A stretch of DNA of 64,000 nt from the IMG/VR virus record IMGVR_UViG_3300028653_000011; one strand, 5' to 3'. Positions 28,140 to 37,464 of this stretch are shown here, one piece after another. The notes under the pieces were generated by a model. It was not told the DNA's origin, did not search any database, and saw nothing but the letters and a program-made list of their open reading frames with translations. Numbering within the stretch: position 1 is the first letter of the stretch; every line of letters begins with the position of its first letter. The position numbers and the translations under genes were made by a program. This DNA comes from a virus. Taxonomy: Duplodnaviria > Heunggongvirae > Uroviricota > Caudoviricetes.

Positions 28140-29003
28140 CAACGGGCCGATGATCTTGTTGTGCTCGAGGAAGCCACGAATGGTGTCGTGGCAGGTGAAC
28201 AGCGAGATGTCAGGCACGTTCCTCTTGAAGCTGTCGGCGGTGCCGATGAGGTCGCCTGCAGCATTGAAGGCCGGGCCACCCGAGTTGCCGAAGAAGACGG
28301 CCGCTGACACCTGCACGTAGTCGTGAGGTTTACCTTCATTGTTGGTGTACTCTGACAGGTGCCCCGACACGTAACCGTGGGTGTATGTCCACCACATGCC
28401 CGCCGGCATGCCGATGATGTGAACCTCGTCGCCAGGTGAAGGTGTGGTCGACATCAGGTGAGCAATGGGATGATCACCAGGATCCTTGACGCGGATCAAC
28501 GCTAGGTCATTGTACATGTCGACGGCGATGCACGCGCTGTCATGGTACGTTTGTTGTGAGTCGGCGATGTCGCCGCGCGTTGAGTATATCACGGGTTGAC
28601 CCACCGGCGTCCACTCCGTCAACTGAGGAGGCGGTGCCGTCGTCACTCCGTTGATCTGGTCGATCATTTGTTTCAGGATCGCCGTCGCGTCGAGCGGTGG
28701 CTTAGCGTCGGCGGGCTTGCCGATGTCATCAATGCAGTGTTCGGCCGTCAGGATGACGTTGGCACTGACCCACACGCCGGTGCAGTAGGAGTGCAGCTTG
28801 GCACCGCGCCCTGCGTTGATCGGCTCGATGACGTTGCCCTCACTGTCGGCGTAGTGTACCAGGGCGACGGTCTCATACTCCAGTTGGGCGATCATCTCGG
28901 CATGTGTCAATGGAGGTGGTGTAGCAATGGTGATGTAGTGGTAGGCATGTGTACAGCAAGCGGGTAGAAAGGCAATGCCCAACCAGGCCAACAACTTCTT
29001 CAT
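28128..29003 (-). CDS. trypsin-like serine protease (S1 family) lipoprotein
   Basis: Signal plus lipobox (FLPACC). Catalytic LTAEHC and GNSGGP motifs. Confidence 0.8.
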   Translation of the reverse strand: MKKLLAWLGIAFLPACCTHAYHYITIATPPPLTHAEMIAQLEYETVALVHYADSEGNVIEPINAGRGAKLHSYCTGVWVSANVILTAEHCIDDIGKPADAKPPLDATAILKQMIDQINGVTTAPPPQLTEWTPVGQPVIYSTRGDIADSQQTYHDSACIAVDMYNDLALIRVKDPGDHPIAHLMSTTPSPGDEVHIIGMPAGMWWTYTHGYVSGHLSEYTNNEGKPHDYVQVSAAVFFGNSGGPAFNAAGDLIGTADSFKRNVPDISLFTCHDTIRGFLEHNKIIGPLSAR

Positions 29004-29088
29004 TCACTGCACCTCTGATCTATACTATGGCGTCTCGTGCGCACCTACACCACATTGTCACCGGGATGTAACACAATGAACGGGGAGC

Positions 29089-29118
29089 GTGTACGGGTGT
29101 GATGTCATACAGTAGAGT
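29089..29118 (+). promoter_or_regulatory. promoter-like element upstream of nei (GTGTACG-N17-TAGAGT)
   Basis: Same -35-like / 17-nt spacer / TAGAGT architecture, 19 nt before ATG 29137. A TAGAGTGTTG context also lies upstream of 43947. Confidence 0.35.
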
Positions 29119-29136
29119 GTTGAATGGAGCACTACA

Positions 29137-29991
29137 ATGCCAGAGGGACCTGAACTTCGAAAAAGTCGCGATGACCTACAATTCTTGGTCGGTCGCTACA
29201 TCACCCGCGTTGAGGCGGTGGGCGGACGCTATGCGAAGGTGCCGCCCGTTGGTCTCAACGACTTCACTGGCTCAAGCAAATGTGCCGAGTGCCTCTACCT
29301 GAAGGAGTACGGTCGCATCGAGGAAGTCGAGGTCAAGGGCAAGTTCATGTGGTGGAGCATTCGAGCGGCGTGGTCGCTGTGGTGCACCTACGGCATGACG
29401 GGCAGGTGGAGCACCACCCGAGACGATAAGCACTGTGCTGTGGTGCTGACCCACCGTGGTGCTGCAGGCGACGAGGCCTGCGTCTACTTCAATGATCCAC
29501 GGCACTTCGGCACCCTGAAGTTCGTCTATGACCGTGACGGCGACAAGACGCAGGCCAAGCTCGACGCGCTGGGTCCCGACATGTTGGGCTCACCGCCGGC
29601 CCCTGAACAATTCATCGCCCGGCTGGGCAAGAAACCCAATCGCACCCTGGCCGAGGCGCTGATGGACCAATCTGTCGTCTCGGGAGTGGGCAATTACGTC
29701 AAGGCCGAGGGCCTCTACATGGCCGCACTATCGCCACACCGCACCGTCGCCGAGTGTTCGGTCGCCGAACTGATGCACTTGGGCACGCGGTTGACCCAGG
29801 TCATGATGGAATCGTACACGTCTGGTGGCGCGACGATCAGCACCTACCGCACCGTCGACGGCACCAAAGGTGGGGCGCAGCGACGCTTTGCGGTGTATGG
29901 TAATATGACGGACCCGATGGGTCACCCGGTGATCAAAGAGGCGACCAAGGACGGGCGCACTACCCACTGGTGCCCGGCGATCCAAAAGTGA
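29137..29991 (+). CDS. nei: Nei/Fpg-family DNA glycosylase (endonuclease VIII-like, degenerate zinc finger)
   Basis: N-terminal MPEGPELRK, H2TH motif LMDQSVVSGVGNYVKAEGLYMAALSP. C-terminus retains WCP but lacks the second Cys pair. Confidence 0.85.
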   Translation: MPEGPELRKSRDDLQFLVGRYITRVEAVGGRYAKVPPVGLNDFTGSSKCAECLYLKEYGRIEEVEVKGKFMWWSIRAAWSLWCTYGMTGRWSTTRDDKHCAVVLTHRGAAGDEACVYFNDPRHFGTLKFVYDRDGDKTQAKLDALGPDMLGSPPAPEQFIARLGKKPNRTLAEALMDQSVVSGVGNYVKAEGLYMAALSPHRTVAECSVAELMHLGTRLTQVMMESYTSGGATISTYRTVDGTKGGAQRRFAVYGNMTDPMGHPVIKEATKDGRTTHWCPAIQK

Positions 29992-30000
29992 ACCCCAACC

Positions 30001-30237
30001 ATGCATGACAACATCATCTCCTTCATCAGATCACTGTCACAGGGTCGTTGCTCGTGCTACCAGATCGGTGGCAGCCTGAGCATCGGCACCTATGACCCAT
30101 TGACGGGTGCTGAGACGCCGTTCAAGTCAACGCCCGGGACGACGATCAAGTGCCAGCGTTGCAAGGCGAGGGCGATGCTCGAGGCCGATGGCATTGAGTA
30201 CGAAAAGGTCGATCACTTGCCGGTGTACACGACGTGA
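30001..30237 (+). CDS. small zinc-ribbon-like protein
   Basis: CSCYQ ... CQRCKAR. 78 aa. Confidence 0.4.
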   Translation: MHDNIISFIRSLSQGRCSCYQIGGSLSIGTYDPLTGAETPFKSTPGTTIKCQRCKARAMLEADGIEYEKVDHLPVYTT

Positions 30238-30253
30238 GAGAAAGAACTACACC

Positions 30254-31045
30254 ATGACCAAGCCCAACAAGACCGAGATCATCTTCGTCGTCGACCGCAG
30301 TGGATCGATGAGCAACATTGCCGTGGCCATGAGCGCCGGCTTTGACGAGTTCATCAACAAACAGAAGTCAGTGCCGGGGGAGTGCCTGGTGACGGCCACA
30401 CAGTTCGACGACAAGTATGAAGTGTTGTACACCGCGAAGCCGCTGGTCGAAGTGCCGGCCTACGTGCTGGTGCCTGGCGGCATGACGGCGCTGTACGACG
30501 CCATTGCACAGACGATCACCGCGACGGGCACGCGCCTCAATCTGATGCCCGAGACCGAACGTCCGAGCCAAGTCCTCTTCGTCATCATCACTGACGGCGG
30601 CGAGAACTCATCACGAGAATTTGCAGGCGAAGCGGGTCGACAACGCGTGCACAGCATGATCACTCACCAGCGCGCCAAGTACAGCTGGGAATTCGTGTTC
30701 TTGGGCACCAACCAGGACGCCATTGCCACGGGCACCTCGCTCGGCGTCAGTGCGACCAACTCTGTCACCTACGTCTGTTCGTTGACGGGCAGTCAGAACT
30801 TGATGCGTGGGTTGTCGGCAAACGTGGGTGCATACCGCCAGTCGAATCAGGCGACGATGGACAACCTCTACAATCAAGCGTCGTACGATTCGCTGATGAC
30901 TGACGATGCGGTTGAACCGCAACCCACCTTGTGGACGGGCCCGATGATAATTCCCGGCGGTGCGGTGCCCAACATCACCTGTGCGCCGACGATCCTACCG
31001 GGCACCACAATTGGCACTGTCACCGTCAATCCGCCTAAGCGTTGA
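30254..31045 (+). CDS. von Willebrand factor A domain protein
   Basis: MIDAS motif IIFVVDRSGSM, with a downstream T and D residues. ATG at 30254 inside track ORF 30107-31045. Confidence 0.75.
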   Translation: MTKPNKTEIIFVVDRSGSMSNIAVAMSAGFDEFINKQKSVPGECLVTATQFDDKYEVLYTAKPLVEVPAYVLVPGGMTALYDAIAQTITATGTRLNLMPETERPSQVLFVIITDGGENSSREFAGEAGRQRVHSMITHQRAKYSWEFVFLGTNQDAIATGTSLGVSATNSVTYVCSLTGSQNLMRGLSANVGAYRQSNQATMDNLYNQASYDSLMTDDAVEPQPTLWTGPMIIPGGAVPNITCAPTILPGTTIGTVTVNPPKR

Positions 31046-31079
31046 GTGGCGGTGTAAAACGCCCGGTTGTGGGCTTACA

Positions 31080-31301
31080 ATGGAGTTCATGACCAAGGAA
31101 GAGTTTCTCGAGCACGTGAGAGACGCCATCGACAATGTCAACTCGCCCGGTGGTGAGTATGCTGCCTTCATTGTTGAAGGGGAGCAAAATGCTCGCAACA
31201 TGGCACAGCACGATCCCGTGCTCGGCCAGAAGGTCACCCGCGTCGTCGAGGCCATGAAAGACCTCGGCACCTACCTCAAACACCGCGGCGAATCTCAATA
31301 A
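31080..31301 (+). CDS. small hypothetical protein
   Basis: MEFMTKEEFLEHVRDAIDNV. 73 aa. Confidence 0.4.
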   Translation: MEFMTKEEFLEHVRDAIDNVNSPGGEYAAFIVEGEQNARNMAQHDPVLGQKVTRVVEAMKDLGTYLKHRGESQ

Positions 31302-31312
31302 CACGTCTCGTC

Positions 31313-31513
31313 ATGGAGGATGCACTCACAGTACGAGCGTGCCTCAACTTGCTGCGTGCAGGTCACAAGCGCCTCGTCAGGAACACCCTCCGAAATAAGG
31401 GTACCGTCGTGCTTGAAGCCTGTGGTACCCGTTTGATCACCCCCGAAGAAGCGACGACGTTATTCATGTTACAGCGCACTCCCTGGTACGTGAGAGTGTG
31501 GTGGGTCAAGTAA
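31313..31513 (+). CDS. small hypothetical protein
   Basis: 66-aa ORF in the co-directional run. Confidence 0.35.
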   Translation: MEDALTVRACLNLLRAGHKRLVRNTLRNKGTVVLEACGTRLITPEEATTLFMLQRTPWYVRVWWVK

Positions 31514-31528
31514 CCATTCAAGAGAGGA

Positions 31529-32491
31529 TTGTCCATGTTGAACCGTAGTTTTACGATCGTGGCACTGTTGGGCACGTTGGCCTTCAATGCAGGCTGTTCG
31601 AGCCAAGACGTGCCGCCTGCACACAAGGGGCGCATGTTCGAGAAGACGGGCATGTTGAAGTTCTACACCGGAGGCAAGGGGTTTGATGGGCCAGTGTTGG
31701 GCCCGGGCACCTATTTCACCGGCGTGTATCCCGAAGTCAGGATCGTCGATTGCTCGACGCGGACGTTCAAGGAACCCATGACGTCGATGACGAAGGACGG
31801 CGTCCAATTCGCGCTCGATGTCTACATCACCGTCAGTGCCAACTGCGACAATGATCAGGCCACCGAGATCCTGCTCAATAAGCTGGCCCCCACGGGCAAA
31901 GTCGACGCACCGAACCCGGGTGCCGGTGCAGGTAACGGCGTTCCCGACGAGAAAGATCCCGTTGAGACTGATGCTGACCGTGCCATCACTTCGAGGCAGG
32001 TGTACAGCACCTTCGTGCGCCCCGCGTTGGGCGAAGCGGTGCGGCAGGCGATCGCCAGCTACGACGCCAACGACATCAACTCCCACCGGGAAGAACTGTT
32101 CGGCCGCATCAAGACGAAGCTCGACTCTGACCTGAAGGGTTCACCATCGCTGGTCACCGTCGTCAACTTCAACCTGTCCAACTTCAAGCTGCCCGATGAG
32201 ATGGCCAACGCCGCCGCCGACCGAGCGACACAACAGGTGCTCCGCGACAAGTCGGTCGCTGAACAGGAACGCATCAAGGTTGAGACGGCGACGGCACTGT
32301 TGCAGGTCGACAAGACCGCCGCCGAGGCACAAGCTGAAGCACGTAAGATCGATGTGGTCGGTGCTGCGCTGCACCGCAATCCCGAGTACTACGTCCGCGA
32401 CGTCTATTACTACGCCGCGGAGCACGGAGGCAGCGTGATGCTACCGACGAATCCCAACGTCATCCTGTCGATGACGCCCGGACACAAGTAG
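31529..32491 (+). CDS. SPFH/band-7 (prohibitin/HflC-like) domain lipoprotein
   Basis: Signal plus lipobox (FNAGC). SPFH-like core and a C-terminal Ala/Glu/Gln-rich coiled region. Confidence 0.6.
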   Translation: MSMLNRSFTIVALLGTLAFNAGCSSQDVPPAHKGRMFEKTGMLKFYTGGKGFDGPVLGPGTYFTGVYPEVRIVDCSTRTFKEPMTSMTKDGVQFALDVYITVSANCDNDQATEILLNKLAPTGKVDAPNPGAGAGNGVPDEKDPVETDADRAITSRQVYSTFVRPALGEAVRQAIASYDANDINSHREELFGRIKTKLDSDLKGSPSLVTVVNFNLSNFKLPDEMANAAADRATQQVLRDKSVAEQERIKVETATALLQVDKTAAEAQAEARKIDVVGAALHRNPEYYVRDVYYYAAEHGGSVMLPTNPNVILSMTPGHK

Positions 32492-32499
32492 AGAACGCC

Positions 32500-32778
32500 A
32501 TGGTCGTCGCCGATGTCATTGCGCTGTTCGTCGTCCTGGGCCTGTTCGGCCTGGGCGGCAAGACGATCTTCTCGGCGTGGAATTCGTTGCGCGAGCGCCA
32601 TAAGGAGAAGGTCGTTGACCACGACCGCATGCGGAATGAACTACGTGCTGCTCTCAATTCGCGTGACTACAAGCAGCTCGAGGACTTTCTCATCGTCTGG
32701 GACGCCGACATCAATAGCGTCACCCGAGACGTCATCAGACAACGCATCAACGAACTGATCAGCGAGCACGGGCTATGA
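32500..32778 (+). CDS. small membrane protein
   Basis: N-terminal TM VIALFVVLGLFGLGG. 92 aa. Confidence 0.45.
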   Translation: MVVADVIALFVVLGLFGLGGKTIFSAWNSLRERHKEKVVDHDRMRNELRAALNSRDYKQLEDFLIVWDADINSVTRDVIRQRINELISEHGL

Positions 32779-32954
32779 GCACCAAGCTCCCCGACGTGGC
32801 GTCCGTCTTCCTGCAGCTCGACGCCGCGCTGTGCCTACTGTCGCGCGCCAAGGGTGAGAAGCCGCCGGCACAGTACTTCGACCAACGCTCAAAGCACGTC
32901 TGTCGACTGACGCTCGACGGTCACACTTATCAGTTAGTCATTACCGAAGTCTAG
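32775..32954 (+). CDS. small hypothetical protein (59 aa, below track cutoff)
   Basis: ATGA overlap with the upstream stop. Translates MSTKLPDVASVFLQLDAALCLLSRAKGEK... Confidence 0.35.
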   Translation: MSTKLPDVASVFLQLDAALCLLSRAKGEKPPAQYFDQRSKHVCRLTLDGHTYQLVITEV

Positions 32955-32962
32955 GAGAGAAC

Positions 32963-33187
32963 ATGATTGATTCGCTAGGAACACGATGGGTAAAGTGCGT
33001 GCGTGCAAGCAACACGCAGGGGCAGCTCCACGTCGGGAACATCTACCATGTGCGCGGTGAGATCGGTGCCTACACCTACTTCGATGGAATGCAGGACGGA
33101 TTTCTCACGCGGCGGTTCGTCGACTGCGATCCACCACCGGCACGAGGTTCGACCTTAAAGTCGAGGAGGGCTCGTGCCCGACGCTAG
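32963..33187 (+). CDS. small hypothetical protein
   Basis: 74 aa. GAGAGAAC upstream of the ATG. Confidence 0.35.
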   Translation: MIDSLGTRWVKCVRASNTQGQLHVGNIYHVRGEIGAYTYFDGMQDGFLTRRFVDCDPPPARGSTLKSRRARARR

Positions 33188-33410
33188 GGAAGTGCGCGCA
33201 CCCGATTGCGAAGGTTGGTGGCTACGGGGCAAGGGTGGCTTCAATGTCAAGCTGTTCTTCGTCCAGGGCTTCGACGACGGCACGCCTCTCAGCATTTGGG
33301 ATGAAGACATTGAAGATTTCATCCCGGTGACCAAGTACGTCAAACCCCTAGTACGTTGGTGGGGGCCCATCGTCCACACGTTGAGCGATGAAAAGTTGAG
33401 CTCTACATAG
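33174..33410 (+). CDS. small hypothetical protein
   Basis: 78-aa ORF overlapping the previous gene by 14 nt. Confidence 0.3.
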   Translation: MPDAREVRAPDCEGWWLRGKGGFNVKLFFVQGFDDGTPLSIWDEDIEDFIPVTKYVKPLVRWWGPIVHTLSDEKLSST

Positions 33411-33618
33411 GGGTGCAAATGAAGTGTTTGATCTACATCGTCGGAACAATGAACATTCTGATCTGGGGGTGGTGAAGTGCGAAGATCAGCGTTGGTTTTG
33501 CACCATCAATGGGGTCAACATTGGGTCGACGTCATCGCTGCGATGCTAGGATTGCCCGTAGAGCTGATGTTCATCGCAATGAGCGTCTACATCATGTTGC
33601 CAGTGGCGAGAGAATGAT

Positions 33619-33786
33619 ATGAGGAGCAAACTTACGGCGCCACAGTGTACTGACCCCAACTGCAAGTACAACATACGTGGCATTCGCCACACGTGTGGAC
33701 AGTGCAGCTTTTTGTCCGAAGTGAAGTGTGCTTGCTATGAGAAGAACGTGAAACGGGGTCTCAAGGCACATGTTGACAATGAGTGA
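33619..33786 (+). CDS. 55-aa Cys-rich micro-protein (zinc-finger-like)
   Basis: MRSKLTAPQCTDPNCKYNIRGIRHTCGQCSFLSEVKCACYEKN... in an AT-richer intergenic island. GAGAGAATGAT upstream. Confidence 0.3.
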   Translation: MRSKLTAPQCTDPNCKYNIRGIRHTCGQCSFLSEVKCACYEKNVKRGLKAHVDNE

Positions 33787-33806
33787 CGTGAATGATAGGT
33801 TAAGAC

Positions 33807-34571
33807 ATGTGCACCCTCATCGTCCTCAGTGAAGCGATCGATGGTTACCCACTCGTCGTCGCCGCCAATCGCGATGAGCACTATGATCGGCCTTCGCTGC
33901 CGCCTGCAATCACCGGTGATGTCATCTGCCCGCGTGATCTCCACAAGGGTGGCACGTGGCTGGGCGTGGCTCGTGGTGGCTGGTTCGCCGGGTTGACCAA
34001 CCAAGTCGACGCCCACCAACCGCACCTGCTGGCGTCACGAGGCCACGTCGTTGATGCTTGCCTCAAGGCCGGCAATCACCTGGCCGTGGCCCAATACCTG
34101 CAGGGGCTTGATCGTGGCGTCTACAACAACTTCAACCTGGTCTTTGGCAGGCCCGGCGCCATTTTTTTGTGCCGTGTCTGGGGGCTGCACGCGCTGGAGA
34201 TGCTCGTGGTGCCTGCAGGAACCAGCGTCTTCACCAATGATTGTTGGGACGGGCAGTTTCAGGCCAAGGCCGAGCGCGCCCGCGAATTGACCACCCACCT
34301 CGCCGGCGCAGTACCGATCCACGACGTCAAGAACGCGTTGTTCGCAGTGCTGTCAGACCACCAACACGGTGACGATCCTCGTCAATCGATGTGCATCCAT
34401 GCCGACGGTTGGGGCACTCGTAGCACCTCGATCATCACAGTGTCCAATGAGGGGGCCGTGGAGTACTACTATTCAGATGGTGCACCGTGTAGGAGTCCCG
34501 GTGTTGCATGTGTGGGCGTTCTATCGATTGATGACGAACTCATCACTGACGCAGACCTGAAGAAACCCTGA
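33807..34571 (+). CDS. NRDE/TANGO2-family protein
   Basis: N-terminal MCTLIVL (Cys2) and AANRDE motif. Length ~250 aa typical of the family. Confidence 0.8.
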   Translation: MCTLIVLSEAIDGYPLVVAANRDEHYDRPSLPPAITGDVICPRDLHKGGTWLGVARGGWFAGLTNQVDAHQPHLLASRGHVVDACLKAGNHLAVAQYLQGLDRGVYNNFNLVFGRPGAIFLCRVWGLHALEMLVVPAGTSVFTNDCWDGQFQAKAERARELTTHLAGAVPIHDVKNALFAVLSDHQHGDDPRQSMCIHADGWGTRSTSIITVSNEGAVEYYYSDGAPCRSPGVACVGVLSIDDELITDADLKKP

Positions 34572-34768
34572 TGCAGGACAACTACTCAATCCACTCGCGG
34601 CCCATCACTCACAAGGTCGAGAAGGACGTCGTCATGACGTTGACCAGGGCACAAGCCGACATCCAACGCTTCAAAGAACGCTTGGGTTCCAACGTGCTCA
34701 TCACTCTGACGATCACTGCACACCTACCCACGAGGCCCGTGCTCAATGAAGACAACGCAACAGAGTGA
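34571..34768 (+). CDS. small hypothetical protein
   Basis: 1-nt overlap coupling. 65 aa. Confidence 0.35.
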   Translation: MQDNYSIHSRPITHKVEKDVVMTLTRAQADIQRFKERLGSNVLITLTITAHLPTRPVLNEDNATE

Positions 34769-35429
34769 CGTCATCGAACAAGCCAGCGATCGCCGACACC
34801 TGAAGGGTTATGGCAAGAACTTCAAACCATTGGTCGCCGCCGGCTCGTGGGTGATCAGCGGATTCCGTTACGGCAGGTCGAAGTGTGCCTGTTGTGGGCG
34901 ACCCATTCACCACGTATTGCAGTTGACCAACGAGAGCCACGACGATTCGATCAAGGTGGGCAAGTTCGACGCGAGCGGACAGTCATTTTCGAAGACGATC
35001 GACATCGGCATTGTCTGCGGGCCCAAGGTCTTCACCGAATCATGCGTCGGCTTCTACGATGACCCTACACGTGAGTGGGAGCGCCAGATCAAGACGTGGC
35101 GCGACTTCATCACCTACACCATTCTCTGCGTCAAGAACGCTGACACTTGGGCGCGGGTACCTGAAGAGATCAGAGGAGCCATTGACCTCTACCTTGAGAA
35201 GGGATACAAGGTTGACTTGCAGCACAGCGGTAAATGGTGTCTCATCAAGGATTGCAAGAAGCGCTATCTCAAGATCAAGCGCTCGCCCGGGGTGATGCCG
35301 CAGGTGCAAGTGCTTCTCATGTATGCGCGCTCGTTGATCAGCGTTGCAAAGCGTCAGGGACTGATCCCACTCAACTGGAGACTCGGTGACGACATGAACC
35401 TGATCAAGGACATCGAGGTGTGCACGTGA
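34746..35429 (+). CDS. hypothetical Cys-containing protein
   Basis: MKTTQQSDVIEQA N-terminus (leader-like), CACCGRPIHH motif. 227 aa. Confidence 0.5.
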   Translation: MKTTQQSDVIEQASDRRHLKGYGKNFKPLVAAGSWVISGFRYGRSKCACCGRPIHHVLQLTNESHDDSIKVGKFDASGQSFSKTIDIGIVCGPKVFTESCVGFYDDPTREWERQIKTWRDFITYTILCVKNADTWARVPEEIRGAIDLYLEKGYKVDLQHSGKWCLIKDCKKRYLKIKRSPGVMPQVQVLLMYARSLISVAKRQGLIPLNWRLGDDMNLIKDIEVCT

Positions 35430-35515
35430 GTGCCTCGCGCTCGTGGACTGACCTATTGTTTACCGACAAGGCACCATCACCACCATCACCACCATCAACT
35501 AGGAAGACAGCTCAC

Positions 35516-36787
35516 ATGGCAGACGACAGTGATTCTAAGTTGATGCACGAATCGACGTCCCTCTATGATGAAGTCAGGCGTGCCCTGGGCGTCAACCACG
35601 TCAAACGAGCCTTTGCGTTGGGCACCGAACTGTTCGGTGCGGCGACTCCATTCCTCGACAAGCCCACGTGGTGGAATGCGGCCAAGTCTGTCTTTGCCAT
35701 GGGCAAAGTGATGGTCGAAGACGTCGAAGTGTACAGCGACGACTACTTCGGGGGTGACGAGTGGACCGAACCCTACAATCCTGACTTCAACCAGACGTTG
35801 CTCCACGTGCTGCAAAAGTTCCCGTATGAGCGCATCAAGACGGCCGAGGACAACACCTTTGTCAGGTTGGTCACCCTGCCCAATGGAATCAGGGTGGGAT
35901 GGACATACACGGGCAAGATGCAGATGGTCGACCACATCTACGTCAAGACCGATCAAGTTGACATGGCGCGCGACTTCATCAAGAAGTTGTTGTGGGCTCA
36001 ATTTGAGGGCAAGTCGCTCGTCATGCGGAAGAATAACCGGGTGATGATGACCGGTGATGAAGCGCGTGTCATCTTTGAGGTCGACAATGCCTTCGAATCG
36101 AAGTTGTCACAGCGCGCGACCGACTACGCCGAGTACCTCAAGAAGCCACTGACGGCAGGGGTGCCGCGGTCGGTGATGTTCTATGGCCCACCAGGCACCG
36201 GCAAGTCGACGCTGGCGCGGACGATCGTGGAGCTGATGAACCTCAGGTCATTCCGCATCAGGATCGCTGACCTTGGCGGGCTCGATAACTCCACGTTGTT
36301 CGAGGCCATCAACATCTTCGAACCCGACGCCGTCATCCTTGACGACTTTGATCGGGCTAACGGCCAAGCGCAGTTGCTCGAGACGCTGGAGTTTTTTCAA
36401 CAGCGCGTCAAGCTGGTCATTGTCACCGTCAACAATAGGATGGAACTTGATGAGGCACTGCTGCGACCGGGACGCATTGATGAACTGGTCCTCATTGACA
36501 AGATGGACAATGAGGTCGTCAAGCACGTGTTGGGCGACTACGTCGACGGTTTCGACGTGGTGAAGGATTGGCCCATCGCATTCATTGCAGAATATGTTGT
36601 CCGTCGCACCTACCTCTCGGCAGAAGAGGCGGCAACGTCTGTCAAGGAATTGACAGAACGCGTCAATCGTCTCGCATGTTATCGTGATGAGAATGACGTG
36701 CAGCGGATGGTAAAGTTGATGACCGCGAAGAACAAGAAGGCCAAGCGCAAGACGTTGAATGAGAATGGAGGTAGTGGCCCTTTTTGA
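35516..36787 (+). CDS. AAA+ family ATPase
   Basis: Walker A GPPGTGKST, Walker B VILDDFD, sensor-2 LLRPGRID. AGGAAG SD before the ATG at 35516. Confidence 0.8.
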   Translation: MADDSDSKLMHESTSLYDEVRRALGVNHVKRAFALGTELFGAATPFLDKPTWWNAAKSVFAMGKVMVEDVEVYSDDYFGGDEWTEPYNPDFNQTLLHVLQKFPYERIKTAEDNTFVRLVTLPNGIRVGWTYTGKMQMVDHIYVKTDQVDMARDFIKKLLWAQFEGKSLVMRKNNRVMMTGDEARVIFEVDNAFESKLSQRATDYAEYLKKPLTAGVPRSVMFYGPPGTGKSTLARTIVELMNLRSFRIRIADLGGLDNSTLFEAINIFEPDAVILDDFDRANGQAQLLETLEFFQQRVKLVIVTVNNRMELDEALLRPGRIDELVLIDKMDNEVVKHVLGDYVDGFDVVKDWPIAFIAEYVVRRTYLSAEEAATSVKELTERVNRLACYRDENDVQRMVKLMTAKNKKAKRKTLNENGGSGPF

Positions 36788-37053
36788 CGCGCGGCGGGAG
36801 GCCGGTACCTGAGTCACACGAACCGCTGGTAATGTCTTTTGATGACGCCGCAGACAACGCACTCAAAGGAGACCTTTCCGAGGCTGATAAAGATGCCATA
36901 CGCCAGACACGTCAAAGGCTAAAAGAAGCCGGTTACCATCTCGACCTTAGTGAGCGCGGCTACGGCAAGGTGCCTGCACGTCCACACACCAAGCGACTAC
37001 GTAAAGTCCGTATGAAGGTCAAGCGTCTATTGTCACGGACGACTGATAAGTAG
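36784..37053 (+). CDS. small basic hypothetical protein
   Basis: Coupled to the AAA+ stop. K/R-rich C-terminus. Confidence 0.3.
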   Translation: MTRGGRPVPESHEPLVMSFDDAADNALKGDLSEADKDAIRQTRQRLKEAGYHLDLSERGYGKVPARPHTKRLRKVRMKVKRLLSRTTDK

Positions 37054-37181
37054 TACTATGCAGTCATGGCTCACTTTCGACACCCCACCCCTGTAAATCA
37101 CCATTGTGCCTACGCTCACCACGTGTCAGTGCGGTGTCATTGGGATTCAGGCACCCATTAGTCAGAGGTTGCAGGCTACTT

Positions 37182-37439
37182 ATGATCTTGATGGCTACAC
37201 GCAATCCCGGATTCCCTGACCGTACCGAAAAATACACGGAGTTTCAACTCTATGTGGGTCGCGGTAACGTTGTAGTTGACTTTACTGAGTGCAAGTTGAG
37301 GCGATACGCCGCGGCGGCAATCGACCCACAGCAGAAATTGACGCTGTGTGCCATGATCGACGACTACCTCGCTGGTCACATTGCCATCGCGTGGAAGCGC
37401 GGCGTGCCGATCTGGCTGAAGGTGACCAAGAACGCCTGA
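37182..37439 (+). CDS. small hypothetical protein (not GroES-like)
   Basis: 85-aa ORF immediately upstream of GroEL. No GroES mobile-loop or fold signature. Confidence 0.35.
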   Translation: MILMATRNPGFPDRTEKYTEFQLYVGRGNVVVDFTECKLRRYAAAAIDPQQKLTLCAMIDDYLAGHIAIAWKRGVPIWLKVTKNA

Positions 37440-37464
37440 TTGAACAATCGGCCTAATCAGGTGT

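Noticed and set aside
33130-33160. tRNA-like T-loop motif (GGTTCGACC)
   Set aside because: It lies inside ORF 32963-33187 and has no flanking cloverleaf complementarity. I could not support any tRNA in the window by eye.
37182-37439. Small ORF upstream of GroEL as GroES
   Set aside because: No similarity to the GroES fold or mobile loop, and the composition is unlike Hsp10. Kept as a hypothetical protein.
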